Positions 12,024-24,540 of a stretch of DNA of 64,000 bases are shown here, piece by piece. The notes beneath the pieces were generated by a model that saw only the letters and a program-made list of their open reading frames with translations, did not search any database and was not told where the DNA came from. The translations under genes were made by a program, and so were the position numbers. The stretch's first letter is position 1; each line of letters opens with the position of its first letter. The DNA is from Eutreptiella sp. 'Long Island Sound 2002' (taxonomy: Eukaryota > Protista > Euglenida): assembly GCA_964036045.1 (NCBI GenBank), contig OZ038378.1, positions 196,788,001-196,852,000 of the forward strand. Reading direction: 5' to 3'.

Positions 12024-12220
12024 CTGTCGTCCTTCTCGTCGCTCGGGCCACAGAAGAACAGGCGCCGGGGCGAGTCCTTCTCCTCCTCCTCCCGGTCGCC
12101 CGGGTCGTCTTCCCGCCACGCCCGCTTCGCGCACGGCGACGCCCGCGGGGCCTGCGACACATCCACGCCCCGGTTCAGCGGCAGTGCGGGCGTGACCCCG
12201 GTGGCGTCGAACACGAAGAT
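12024..12220 (-). CDS. DCAF8-family WD40 protein, exon 4 (IFVFDATG...DEKDD)
   Basis: Acceptor CCGCAG|ATC completes TYSNDD|IFVFD. Donor AG|GTGCAG, phase 2. Confidence 0.75.
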
Positions 12221-13499
12221 CTGCGGTGCGCAGGAGTGGGAGGGGGACGCATCGTCGAATGGTCCCTGGGGGACGGGCACCGCGTGTCCGTGGGTGTGTG
12301 GAGGGCGGCTGGAAAGAGCAAGGCAGGGGCACAAAACAGTATTGAACAATGGTTGGCGGTTAGTGATTGGCGGTTGGCAGTTGCTGGCGGTTTGCAGTTG
12401 GTGGTTGGCTGGTGGCCCTTGGGGGCTGTCCTTAAGGGCTGTCCTTTACAAAGAATTGGATTCTTAAGGACAGCTCCACTCAGGAGGGGGCTTTCCGCGG
12501 GGACCGGGGGAGGGGGGGCACCGTTCTGGACATAGTGCTGTTGCCTGGCATTGTAGAGGCGTGCACCCCACGTACACACACACACACACACCATGCGCCC
12601 ATTGAGTCCCTTGTTGTCCGGCGCGGGGCCCTTTGTGCCGCAGCACCCCCCCCCCCCCAGAGGTGGGGGTGGGGGGGTAGCCCTGCTGACGATGCTGACG
12701 GTGCTTACGGTGACCACTTCATTCCAGTCGTGTGCGCACTTGCCAAAGTGCCTTTCTGCCATTATCCACAGCACCATCACGTGATCATTCACAGCACCCT
12801 TCGCATGTCTGTCCCTCTTCCCCTGTACACTCCCCTTTCCCATCTGTGGGTTGGGGGGGGGCGGGGTCCAGCCAAGGAGGCAGGAGCCCAGGCACCAACT
12901 GCCCTGCATGGGAAAATGGGAAGAACATATCAATGCGCTATGCGCTGTGCACATCAAAGATGCAATGATGTTCATCCTCAATGGAGGTGGCGTGCAAACC
13001 ATCAGGCAAAAGTGTTTAAGAATTTGTTGGGTGCACGTATCCACTGAGCTGAGAGAGGCTTGGCGGCCCGCTGGCGAGAAGACAACCCTTGGGCAGAAGA
13101 GAGGAAGAGCGAAAATCGCATGCAATAGCAAACATCTGAAGTGCTCCAGCAAATCAGCGATGTTTATGTTACAGCCAGTGCACGTGCAAAGACAGAGAGA
13201 CCCACGGTTGGGAGGGTTGGCAATGGAGGTAAACAACAAGACAAAAATAATTTGAATCTGTTGATCTGTTGCTGTTGCTGAGTTAAGATAGGGCTGCTCA
13301 TGAAACAGCCCTTTCAGCAGAGCATCAAAGGTCGGTCTCGAACAAACATAAGCAAACACAAATCAAATCTCATGCAACAGCAAACATCCGAAGTGCTCAC
13401 CCCTTTACGTCCCCACACTCGACACAAATGGCCCTGAAAGAAACCCAAGAAAATCAGCAACAAAAACAATAGCTCGGGAAGGAAGGTTACGCAGACACA

Positions 13500-16400
13500 A
13501 AGGAAACTCCTTTATACTTAAGATATGACATATTCTAAGGCATATCTTCCTAGATAGCAGTAGCGGACACAAAGGCGGACTAACTGGGCCCTAGAAAAAT
13601 AGGCAATACGAGAAAGCGGATCAGCAGGTCGATGCGTACTTGGCACCCAAGCAGAGTGCAGAATGAGACCCGTGTTACGCAAGTGGACAATGATTGCTTT
13701 CAAGATCATAATCATGTGCCCTAGATTTCAAGCTTACCATGGCCCATATGGCTTGGAGGTTATCCTGCAACATGACTACCTGCGGGATCCGATGCTTGAC
13801 AATATTCTTTGACAAACATCCATACCTTGTACAGTTCCGCTACCAACTAGGTGTTGACCCACTGCAGCCCCAGGGTCATAAATTCCGAGGGGGTATCGCT
13901 TCAAATCTGCTCTCGTATGGAACTCTGTAGCGTCCACCGCAATTCATTTTAGGAACCGCCATTTAGAGATTAAATTCTATTGCCTTCGGCAGTGCACCTC
14001 GAAGAGAGGCTGACAGTCAGCCAATCAGTCAGTTAGCCACGCCAGTAGTCAGTCAGTCAGACAGACAGAAACACACAGTTTGGGTTTGTTGTCAGTGGTA
14101 GACTCGGCCATAAGCAGTGGGGAAGAAGAGGGTCTGCAGTGCAAGTAGTGGATGAACGGTAATGCAGCGGGCCGCAGACTTTTTGGTCGGCGGTTCGAAC
14201 CCCGGTCGGGTGTACATGTCGGCGGCGCCGCCGACGACAGTCCACCCAGCAGGATTCGAACCGCTGATCTAAAAATATGTGCCGGGCTGTGTTACCATTC
14301 GACCAAGCTTGGTTGTTACAGTACTATGTCTCCCCACTGTTTGGAGCCTTCTGAGCGAAAACTTTTGACCCCCCCCCACCCCCCACCACCCCCCCCCCCC
14401 CCCCCCTCAAAAAAGTGATATCCCGTTTTAGGGGATAGAGGCCTCAGAATCAAAAAATCCATTGGGGGATTGTCTTATTGGGCAAAATAATGATTCAACA
14501 AGGGGTTGGACATCAAATATCATGCCTTGGGGTATGCTACGCGAATGACCCCCAAAAGGGGGGGTATACGACGCCCGCGCCTGCGCTTGATCTAACAACC
14601 TCTCTTCGAGGTGATTTGATGGGACAGCCAAAGGTGGGGAGGCAATGAAGGCGGCCGTGGCAAGAGAAATCCAGAGGCGGGGGGTCACTTTCAACCAATC
14701 GGACCTACTCCAAAACAATGCACACTAGACCCCCCCCTCGAATCGGCAAGTGGCCAGTTGCCGGCACAGCAAGCCAGCCAATCAAACCTGGGATGCACAT
14801 CAAGTCCTTGGCACTAATGTGTTTACCCGAGATACCCAGCAGGCAACGAGCTAGGTAAGGACAGAGATCGTATTAGATATTGACAAAACATCTAGATCCA
14901 CCTCTTTACTCAACCACTTCACATACGTCGTGGGGCTCAACACACTTTTATTAGAGACCAGATAACCTTTAGCAACCATGACTTGACTAACCAATTGCAT
15001 GCAGGCACGGAGCCCCTCACAACTATTTTCCATAACCACGAGGACATCATCCAAATAATGGTCATAATTTGGTCTGTAGCCTGAGGGCACCTCTAGTGGG
15101 GGGGGCATACAGTCAAAAGCCTCCTTCATGTGTCTTGGAAGTACTTCCTGCAAACAAGCAGTGAAAGCTTCCAGCCAAAGGGCACGGTGCGGAGATCGCA
15201 TACCCGATGTGTCAATTGAACACGGAATGTACCCTAAGCTTCCCGAGGGAGATGGAGAGAGGAGAAGCAATTCTTGACATCAAAAGTACAAGCATGTGGA
15301 GGGACAAAACAAGTTTTTACATTCGCGGACCACTTTATAACTTTTTTTTGGTGCAAACTGCACATAGTGGGCAAATGCATCTTGGGTTGGGGCATGGGAT
15401 CCCTCCGGTTTCCCACCTTGTGGTTGATAACAAAAGAACATTTTTCATCAGATCAGGGGATCATAAACATAGGGGCACGGGGTGGCAACCCCCCCCCCCT
15501 TCCCCGCATACCATCACAGATCATATGGAGATGGCCCTGTTGAATTAAAGTTGTGGCCATCACCTTGACCTCCTTGGACAGACGGGGCTGTCCGGATGGA
15601 CTAGATATCTTCAAATGTCAAGGGGTATAGGAACCTTGCCGGCCCTCCCCAAAGGCTTCTCAGTAATGTTAACCGGGACCCTCTGTTTACCTAAAATTGT
15701 TAGATCACTGGATGAGGTAACCCGTGGTCCTTGGGTTTTGGGCCGGTAGGGGAAAGGACAAGTGGCTGTAAGGAAATCCGCCTCATGCATGTGTTCTACC
15801 ATCAAAAACAAGGTGTGCAGGACATCAACCGGACGAGGCTTGGGCCAAAGAGAATAAGGAAATTTCTATAAAGAGTAACCAAAAAGCCTGAAAGGATAGT
15901 GACCAGGGTAGGGGGACCTTCTGGGCTTTGCGCCACAGGACCGATCTCTAGGTCCGCCTTTGCCCAAGCGAAATTGGATCGGGGCGGTAGGAAATGTGAT
16001 CATTGATCTCATCTGACACCCCCCCCCCCTTAGGCCGCCTGTTTGGCCTTGGATGCCTAGGCTCTCATTCTGTCTTCCATGGACGTTCGGATTGCCCCTT
16101 GACCCTGGCACCGATCAAAATGTGGCCTTTGTTCTCTTGACTTGACGCTAGGGAGTTGTGGCTAGGATTTTTTTTTGGCGGCGGGGGGGGGGGGGGCGAC
16201 CATTTCGGGCTGCGGGCTGGGACTAGTCGGGCATATGCTTGTGGCTCATTGGCAGATCGGGGACATTTGACCCGGGATGGGGTGGGTGGGTCGGGCACGA
16301 TCTCAGAATCATTGGCTAATATGCGATCAAGGTTAGGGTTATGAGATCCATTCGATTCCCATGTATGGCGGCGGGATAAAATTGAGGTGGGCCATAAGGA

Positions 16401-18060
16401 ACACGATGTGTGGGTACCTTGCTCAAATCTCCAGTCACCCCAAAGTGCAGTGAGGAGTGTGGGGCGGGGGAGGTTGGTATCTTCCCAAAGACATTCATCC
16501 CAAGACGCCGCATATCAGTGGGTGACAATGACAGATCTCCCGTCCCCGGGACATAAGCTCCTGCATGGTGGCACCGTTGCGGATGAACATGGTAGCGCCC
16601 ATACATCGCCATGCGGGCCATTTGAGGTGTTGGAATTTTGCGTGAGCCAAGAGCCAGACCATGTTTGATTGGATGCTCTTAGCTCCTCCCTTGACGAGTT
16701 TTGGCTTGCCCTTCTTCCGAGACACAGGGCAATCGCCGTGATGAAACTGAGGAGTCTCCAAATATAGGTACTCCCGGGACATACAATCCATGTGCGGCGT
16801 GTTTTACCATAAATAAAAAACGCAGTACCTTCGGCTTGGTTGACATCTTGGACGCAGAGGTTGTCTCCCCAATGCAGCTGCAAAATGCAAATGGCCAAGA
16901 CTGCGAAGGTTGTGACCAGCAGGTCCTCATCATTCTCAGCGTTCTTGGCCATTAACCATAGCGCTGCGTGTGTGCCCCAACCTCATGCTAAAAGGTTCGA
17001 GACCTTATCTTTTGTGTGCACAATTCTCCAAAGGGATCCGGGCACGAAGGTGGGAGCGATTTTGGTTTCCTTGAGGAGCTTGCAGGCCAATAACGCTTGC
17101 TGCATGTCGGATGAGGTCTATTGGGTGCGGTAGAGGGCAAGAGGTATTCGTTGAGGACTTGCATTAGCGAAGCGGATGGGGTGTGGAAGTGTCTCGAAAG
17201 GAGAATCTTGAGGTGTCTCTCATACGCGTCGATGGTGTTTGACGCCCAGAACTCGATGAAGAAAAACTCCCACGACGCCTGTTCGGAGTCTTCACGGTAC
17301 CGCTGGAACTGGATGAACCACTCCTAAAACGGTATCTTTTTCAGCGGAGTGGGAGTTGCCATAGCGGCTTGTAGGACAAATCACCTTGACCTCTTGCACA
17401 ACCACTCCCAATGGCATCCGCCACAATGATCACACTCCCCCCGGCGGCCTCTTGTCAGTGTCGAACTCGCGGCCACCCGGGGTTACCATGTGCTTGATAC
17501 CATCGCGCTGGATACCGTTATATTTACCCTTCCAGTAGAATTCGGGCACAAAATAGCATTGGGACTGCACACTAGGGACGATCTCGAAGTGGAGGAGGAT
17601 CCAGACTCAGAACGACGGCGAGACCATTTGCGGCTCTTGGAAAACTTTTTGGATTTGCTTACGGGAGGACATTGATGGAGACTTCTTGTATCGCTCATAT
17701 TTCTTGGCATACGCTCGGTGGGTAGTCGTGAGGAGGCGCCACAAGTCAGAACCGGGGACAACTAGATCATCCAGGATGTCACGCTCAATAGACTTTTTGA
17801 TGAGGCCTGCCAATTCATGCATCCACTCAGCCACATCAGATTCCTCAAGAAATTCCCCAACGACCTCCTCCGTGTTAGGCTTGTCCTTGTACTGAACTGA
17901 CTTTTGCTTGGAATTCTGCTTGGAGCCCTTTTTGATCCGCCAATGGGCGGGTTCAAATGTCCTAGAGCTCACTAGGTGCATGGCCGCCCTTCTCCAGTCA
18001 TCGGTTACCCCAGATAGGGTCCTGGATCTTGTCATTGGGTGGGAGGATGTCAACAAGCAC
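13500..18060 (-). mobile_element. Degenerate tyrosine-recombinase retrotransposon, order gag-like / YR / RT / RNase H (VIPER/TATE-like)
   Basis: YR: FIYGKTRRTW, WPAWRCMGATMF, GR...YAASW (16480-16950). RT: ACTFDVKNCFSSL, PFGWK, YLDDVLVV (14850-15530). RH: QDN, WVPSTHRPADPLSR (13600-13960). Gag-like ORF 17607-18056. Confidence 0.75.
14115..14339. repeat. Palindromic element made of two tail-to-tail tRNA-derived arms
   Basis: B-box GGTTCGAACCC on the plus strand and GGTTCGAATCC on the minus strand. Shared CAGTGGGGA ends. Perfect central palindrome GTCGGCGGCGCCGCCGAC. Confidence 0.65.
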
Positions 18061-20451
18061 TCTCATGACCCGACCCAAACTAGATTCATTCCAAATCTAG
18101 AGCCCACACTAGCCAACAGCGCCCCACAGCAAGGGCACTATATGAGCTCTCCTCCCCCCAACACGACATCAATTCGCCGCACATCGGGCCAAGTAATCCC
18201 CCAGAACTCGTTGCAGCCAAGCCGGGAATCTATTTTCCGCCAACGCCCTTCAAACAGTAACCTCCGGCTCAACACGTTCAACTGGTCGCTTGTTGCCATT
18301 CATACTAGAGTTAGGTGTGTTAATTGCAATGGATGTAAACAACAAACAAAAATAATTTGAATTTGTTGATGAATGAGTGAAATTAGGGTTGCCCATGAAA
18401 CAACCCTTCCAAAGGGGCATGAAAGGTCGGTTTTAGGACTTTCGACTTTGGAGCTGTTGAGGCTGAAAATTGCTGAAGAAATTGTGCAAAAAGACACTGT
18501 GGGGCTGCAACGCATGCACTCTCATCTACAAAACTATTATTGTGCTCACTCCAAACACACAAACCAAAAAACGAACGGAAATCGCCCAATATCCCGTGCA
18601 TAGTTTGCCATCGGCCACTACAGACTGGCAGGGACTCTCCAAGCGGCTTCACCTAGTGGCGAAATCACACCTTGCAACTGAGCAGCTTGTGGTGGTTTCC
18701 ATGTACCAACTTATGAGCCGCTGTGCGATGTGCTAGCCCTTCCCAAACCATGCTCTGGACCCAACATGCAAGATCCAAAATTTCGCAGAACATGCGCCCA
18801 GTTTGCTGCCCTGGGATTGGTGATCCCTGATCCCTGTTGGCAACCCGCTAGGTGGGGATCGCTGCCATTTTTTGTCATGCTCTTCGTCTTTGACAGGAAG
18901 CACTCCAATTTGTCCCTTCTTGTGCACCACCGGGTCACAAAGATTGTCTACCGTCTACCTTAATACTCCTCGTGACCACCTCACAGAGGGGCAGGGTGTG
19001 TTCCACGTAGGCTACCGCAAATTCAAGGAACCACGGGTTCACTCTAGCCATATTGCATTCTTCATGCAATTCCTCCAATTGCAACTCGGTTCCAAGCCTC
19101 CTTGCCTCACCCCGCAGCCATCGCGAGTCACGCAAAAGCATGCACTACTTGCACACCATCAAGGGCACACGGCCCGATGCCATTTCCTTCATAACGCGAC
19201 CGTCTTAACAGAGCCCGTTGGTGCAATTCATCCACTAGGGACCACCAAGGGACCACCAAACACATTGTGCACAAGTTAGAAAATATATTTCCAAAACACA
19301 CCACCACAAGAGCAGGTGAATAAAGAGAACTATAAGTAGGTGAGTTTAGAGGACTGTACAATTCAACCACGCATCCCACCGGGGCCTCGTGCCACAGCCG
19401 AGGCGGTGGTGATTGCTATGGATGATTGCAGGCGCCCTCTAGTGGGCACATCATCATCCAGTGGGCGCGGTAACAGATGTTGCCGGTCAATGGAAAGGTA
19501 GGGGAAGGGGTGCAGCAGGGAGAAAGGGGCAGAAGCACGTGAACGAAGTGCAGGACTGTGGAGGATGACAGTGTGTTGTTTGGTCGGACAGACCCCAAAG
19601 TGCACCACAGGCAGGGGCTCCCTAACAACAAGAAACTAAGAACACTGTCACAGTATAGCCCCCCACCGACGCCTCAATGGAAGAGACTTCCATTGAAGAC
19701 AAGTCCGCTTCAAACCGTTCGATTATTCTCCCTTCAAATGCTGTCGGTCAACAACCGCCGGCAATAAATGTCCAATTGCCATCGGCCACTTATCGATCAC
19801 TGTCCGCCGGTTTCTTGGGACTGTCCAATCACCGTGAGGCATTGATTGCCCCACACGTGCCCTGCACGCCCTGCCCTGCCCTGCACGCGTGCTTTTGACC
19901 CTGTAACCTCCCCTCACAAGATGCTCCCCAATGGCTCACCACAGGAATGCATGCATAGGCACAAACAACACCACCATCAACAACACACTTCAATTCAACG
20001 ACACGGCCTAATAGCCCAAGTGGCAATAGCTCCAAGCTAAAGTTTTCCAATGCCACGCAAGTATGTTTGGAGAAAATATGAGTGGTCTGCAATACAAAGT
20101 ACACCAACTGTGCAACAAAAGGCAGCAGATTGTCGGTCCCTTCCGTCAACACAGCAACACAGCAACACAGCAACATGCCCTGGGGTGCAGATAAGGCCAA
20201 AAAGATGCCCCGTGTGCCCCACATGTGCCCCGCGCAGCAGGTTTCCCTCCACAGGTGTTTCTTAAGTTGCCTTGCACTCACCCCATCGCAGTTGCCTTCC
20301 AAGTGCAATCATCTTATCTCCATTCAGCATGCCCTCTTCTTACGACACCCTCGCGCCCCTCTCCATACTCAAGCCCCTGGAGGCGCGGATCATGCAACCC
20401 CCACCAATGTCACATCCGTCCCGGACCCTCAGGGTCAGAGGAGGGACACAC

Positions 20452-20784
20452 GTCGTCGTTGCTGTACGTGGCCACGATGCGGCTGCCAAACACGTTGTAC
20501 TGGCAGCCAGTGATGTGCGGCGAGTTTGCGAGCAGGGACCGCTCCCCACCGCCGAGCAGGTGCTCCGGGCAGAACCGAGCGACACATGTCGCGGTGAGCG
20601 GCATGGACCCTGCCCCGGACTGGGCGCCGGCTCTGCGCAAGTCCGCCACCCGGAGGAACTCATCGCCGCCCCCCACGGTCAAGAGATGGCCGTGCAGCGG
20701 GTGGATGGACAGGGCATTGAGGTCAATGCTGTTGCGCTTGAGGTGCGCCCGGAGGTCAATCACGATGTTGCTGGGGTCTGAGCG
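20452..20784 (-). CDS. DCAF8-family WD40 protein, exon 3 (RSDPSNIVIDL...GGGDEFLRVADLRR...IVATYSNDD)
   Basis: Acceptor CCACAG|CGC, donor GAC|GTGTGT, phase 0. Matches the DCAF8-type AVGGxDxFVRIYD and LASYNDEDIYLF repeats. Confidence 0.85.
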
Positions 20785-20953
20785 CTGTGGTGTGGGCAGT
20801 GGTGTGGGCAGGGCATATGGACAGGGCATATTGACAGGGCATATGGACAGGGCATATGGACAGGGCATATCTCTCAGTATGGTTGGGGATTGTGCAAACA
20901 CGGACGGTTTTTTGGGGGTCGGAGGTGGGGGTATCTGGGATATGTTCGAAAAA

Positions 20954-20954
<1 letters not shown>

Positions 20955-21045
<91 letters not shown>
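20955..21045. repeat. (TA)n microsatellite
   Basis: Pure TA tract. Confidence 0.95.
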
Positions 21046-21047
<2 letters not shown>

Positions 21048-21576
21048 ATTTTTTTTCGATTTCTTGCAGGTACCTTTGATGGATCCCCCCCGGCGACCAG
21101 GCGCCGCGGGGGGTACAATGAAACCCTGGCCGGGGGGCAGCCGGGGCCTGCCAGGGCCGCGCCCCCCGCGACATTTGGACAGGCCACCCGCGGCAGCAGC
21201 TCCTACGGGGGCTGTGGTGGCGGCGGGTGGCCGCAGCGTGCTGCCCCAGTGAAGCCCCGGGGAGCAGTATATCAAGCGGTACGGTGTCATGAGTAATACA
21301 AGAGATGGCCCAAAAGGTGAAACGGGCAAGGTGCATGTAGTGTACAATGCATGCAAATTGTTGTGCAAAGTGCTTGCATGGTGCGCGTGTACCAGTGCGT
21401 GCATGGACAGAGGGGGCAGGAGGAGGACGGGGGGGTGGGGTCAGGGCGCAAGGAGGCAGGACCCCGAGCAGCCGGGCACAGAGGTAGAAAGGTGAAGGGT
21501 GGGGCAGGGCAGAGTATGCCCCGTAAAGTGTTGTGCATAGTGTCCTCGCGTAGTGTTGTGCATCATGCACGTCAGT

Positions 21577-22900
21577 ATCTCCTCCACCCTGGAGAAGCCT
21601 TCAACCCTCTGGTTTTGGCTGACGATCCTGACACTTTCGCTGAGCTGAAGGTGAAGGAGATCAAGAACGGCTGCTTGGTTATATTCTCTGTGTTCGGCTA
21701 CTACGTGCAGGCCATCGCGACAGGAGAGGGTCCTGTTGAGAGCTGGGCCCCTCACATCGCCGACCCATTCGCCGTGAAAGGTATGACCAATGCCAATGTT
21801 ACCCTGTTCGCTTTTTCTCCTGTGGCCATGTTCGCCACCGCTGCCTGGTATGGCCCTAAGCGCAACAAGTGGTTGGGCCCATTTTCTGATGCCTCCTCCC
21901 CTGACTGCCTCACTGGTGAGTACCCTGGTGACTACAGTTGGGACGCCGCCGGTTTGGCTGCTGACCCTACCACCTTCGCCGCCGCGTACCATGAGGCCGA
22001 GTTGACCCACGCTCGTTGGGCTATGTTGGGCACTTTGGGCTGCTTGACCCCTGAGTTGTTGGCCAAGTACGCTGGTGTGCAGATCGATGAGCCTGTGTGG
22101 TTCAAGGCTGGTGCTCATATCTTCCCTGAGAGCGGTCTGGACTACCTTGGCAGCTCAAGCCTGGTGCACGCCCACTCCATCCTTGCTGGCAGGCCTTTTG
22201 TGTGCAGGGTGGTCCGCTGCACGAGCATCTACATCTGCTCCACCCTGGCGAGGCCTTCAACCCTCTGGTTTTGGCTGACGATCCTGACACTTTCGCTGAG
22301 CTGAAGGTGAAGGAGATCAAGAACGGCTGCTTGGTTATATTCTCTGTGTTCGGCTACTACGTGCAGGCCATCGCGACTGGAGAAGGTCCTGTTGAGAGCT
22401 GGGCCCCCCACATCGCCGACCCATTCGCCGTGAAAGGTATGACCAATGCCAATGTTACCCTGTTCGCTTTTTCTCCTGTGGCCATGTTCGCCACCGCTGC
22501 CTGGTATGGCCCTAAGCGCAACAAGTGGTTGGGCCCATTTTCTGATGCCTCCTCCCCTGACTGCCTCACTGGTGAGTACCCTGGTGACTACAGTTGGGAC
22601 GCCGCCGGTTTGGCTGCTGACCCTACCACCTTCGCCGCCGCGTACCATGAGGCCGAGTTGACCCACGCTCGTTGGGCTATGTTGGGCACTTTGGGCTGCT
22701 TGACCCCTGAGTTGTTGGCCAAGTACGCTGGTGTGCAGATCGATGAGCCTGTGTGGTTCAAGGCTGGTGCTCATATCTTCCCTTAGGGCGGTCTGGGCTA
22801 CCTTGGCAGCTCCAACCTGGTGCACGCCCACTCCATCCTTGCTGTCGCGGCCCGCCAGTTTGTCCTGATGGGTGCCTTTGAGGCCTACCGTGTGAAGGGT
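21577..22900 (+). repeat. Near-identical 656-bp tandem duplication of LHC type-A unit
   Basis: TTCAACCCTCTGG at 21600 and 22256. Identical ORFs at 21790 and 22446. Confidence 0.9.
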
Positions 22901-23429
22901 GGTCCTCTGCGCGTTGATCTGTATCTGCTCCACCATGGTGAAGCCTTCGACCCTCTAGTTTTGGCTGACGACCCTGACACTTTCGCTGAGCTGAAGTTGA
23001 CGGAGATCAAGAACGGCCGTTTGGCTATATTCTCTGTGTTCGGCTACTACGTGCAGGCCATCGCGACTGGTGAGGGTCCCGTTGAGAGCTGGGCCTCCCA
23101 CATCGCCGACCCATTCGCCGTGAAAGGTATGACTGGCGCCAATGTTACCCTGTTCGCTCCTACCCCTATGGCCATGTACGCCACCGCGGCCTGGTATGGC
23201 CCTGAGCGCCACAAGTGGTAGGGCCCAAACTCTGATGCCTCCACCCCTGACTACCTCACTGGTGAGTACCCTGGTGACTACGGTTGGGACTTCGCCGCAT
23301 ACCGTGAGGCCGAGTTGATCCACGCATGTTGGGCTATGTTTGGCACTTTGGGCTGCTTGACCCCTGAGTTGTTGGCCAAGTACGCAGGTGTGCAGTTCGA
23401 TGTGTCTGCATGGTTCCAGGCCTACTGAG

Positions 23430-24540
23430 TGTTTAACAGTGTTTAACAGGTGGCCAAGGTGCGTGTTGTGCGACGTGCTTCGCAACCTGTAATGCATCGT
23501 GCTTCGCATAGAGCGCGAGAACCACCGGAGGGGGCAGAAGCAGGGCAACCAGAAGGCAGGAGAAACAGCAACACAGGTGCCCAAACAACGGGCGCGGAGA
23601 GGGAGAGGGAGGGGCGAGGGGACGGGTTTAGCTATGCACATTGCTCGCACAGTGCGTGCGTAGACAGAGGGGGCAGGAGAAGGACGGAGGGGCGGGGACA
23701 GAGTGCCAGGAGGTAGGACGCCGCACGGCCAGGTGCAGGGTTGAAGGGTGGGGCAGGGCAGGGTGTGCCTCGTATGGTGTCACGCGTAGTACCTGTAGTA
23801 ATGCACTGGCCTGAGGTGCAGCACGGCCGCTGGGCTATGTTGGGTACACACTGGTGCCTGACCTCCGAGCTGCTGCAGAAGTACAGTGCAATCGGCAATG
23901 GAGCCAGCAAAGGTGTGTGGATCAAGGCTGGTGCCTCCACCCCTGACTACCTTACTGGTGAGTACCCTGGTGACTACGGCTGGGACGCCGCCGGTATGGC
24001 CGCAGACCCAACCACCTTCGCCGCATACCGTGAGGCCGAGTAGATCCACACTCGTTGGGCTATGTAGGGCACTATGGGCCGCTTGACCCCAGAGCTGTTG
24101 GCCAAGTACGCTGGTATGCTATTCGATGCGTCTGCGTGGTTCTAGGCTTCAAGGTGTTTAACAGGTGGCCAAGGTGCGTGTCGTACGACGTGCTTCGCAA
24201 CCTGTCATGCATAGTGCTTCGCGTAATGCGCGAGAACCACCGGAGGGGGCAGAAGCAGGGCAACCAGAAGGCAGGAGAAGGTGAGGGCAACAGCAACACA
24301 GGTGCCCAAACAACGGGCGCGGAGAGGGAGAGGGAGGGGCGAGGGGACGGGTTTGCAACGCACATTGCACGCACAGTGCGTGCACAGACAGAGGGGGCAA
24401 GAGAAGGACGGAGGGGCGGGGACAGAGTGCCAGGAGGTAGGACGCCGCACGGCCAGGTGCAAGGGTGAAGAGTGGGGCAGGGCAGGGTGTGCCTCGTATA
24501 GTGTCACGCGTAGTGCCTGTAGTAATGAACTGGCCTGAGG
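23430..24540. repeat. ~720-bp duplication of non-LHC GA-rich spacer interleaved with LHC fragments; a related spacer is at 21385-21570
   Basis: GACAGAGGGGGCA blocks at ~21405, 23663 and 24386. GTGTTTAACAGGTGGCCAAGG at ~23440 and ~24155. Confidence 0.8.

Noticed and set aside
12175-13359. 394-aa minus-strand ORF
   Set aside because: Runs through repeats and relics; only its last codons overlap true exon 4, in another frame.
20756-21404. ORFs containing YIYIYI runs (also 27000-27512)
   Set aside because: Translation of (TA)n microsatellites.
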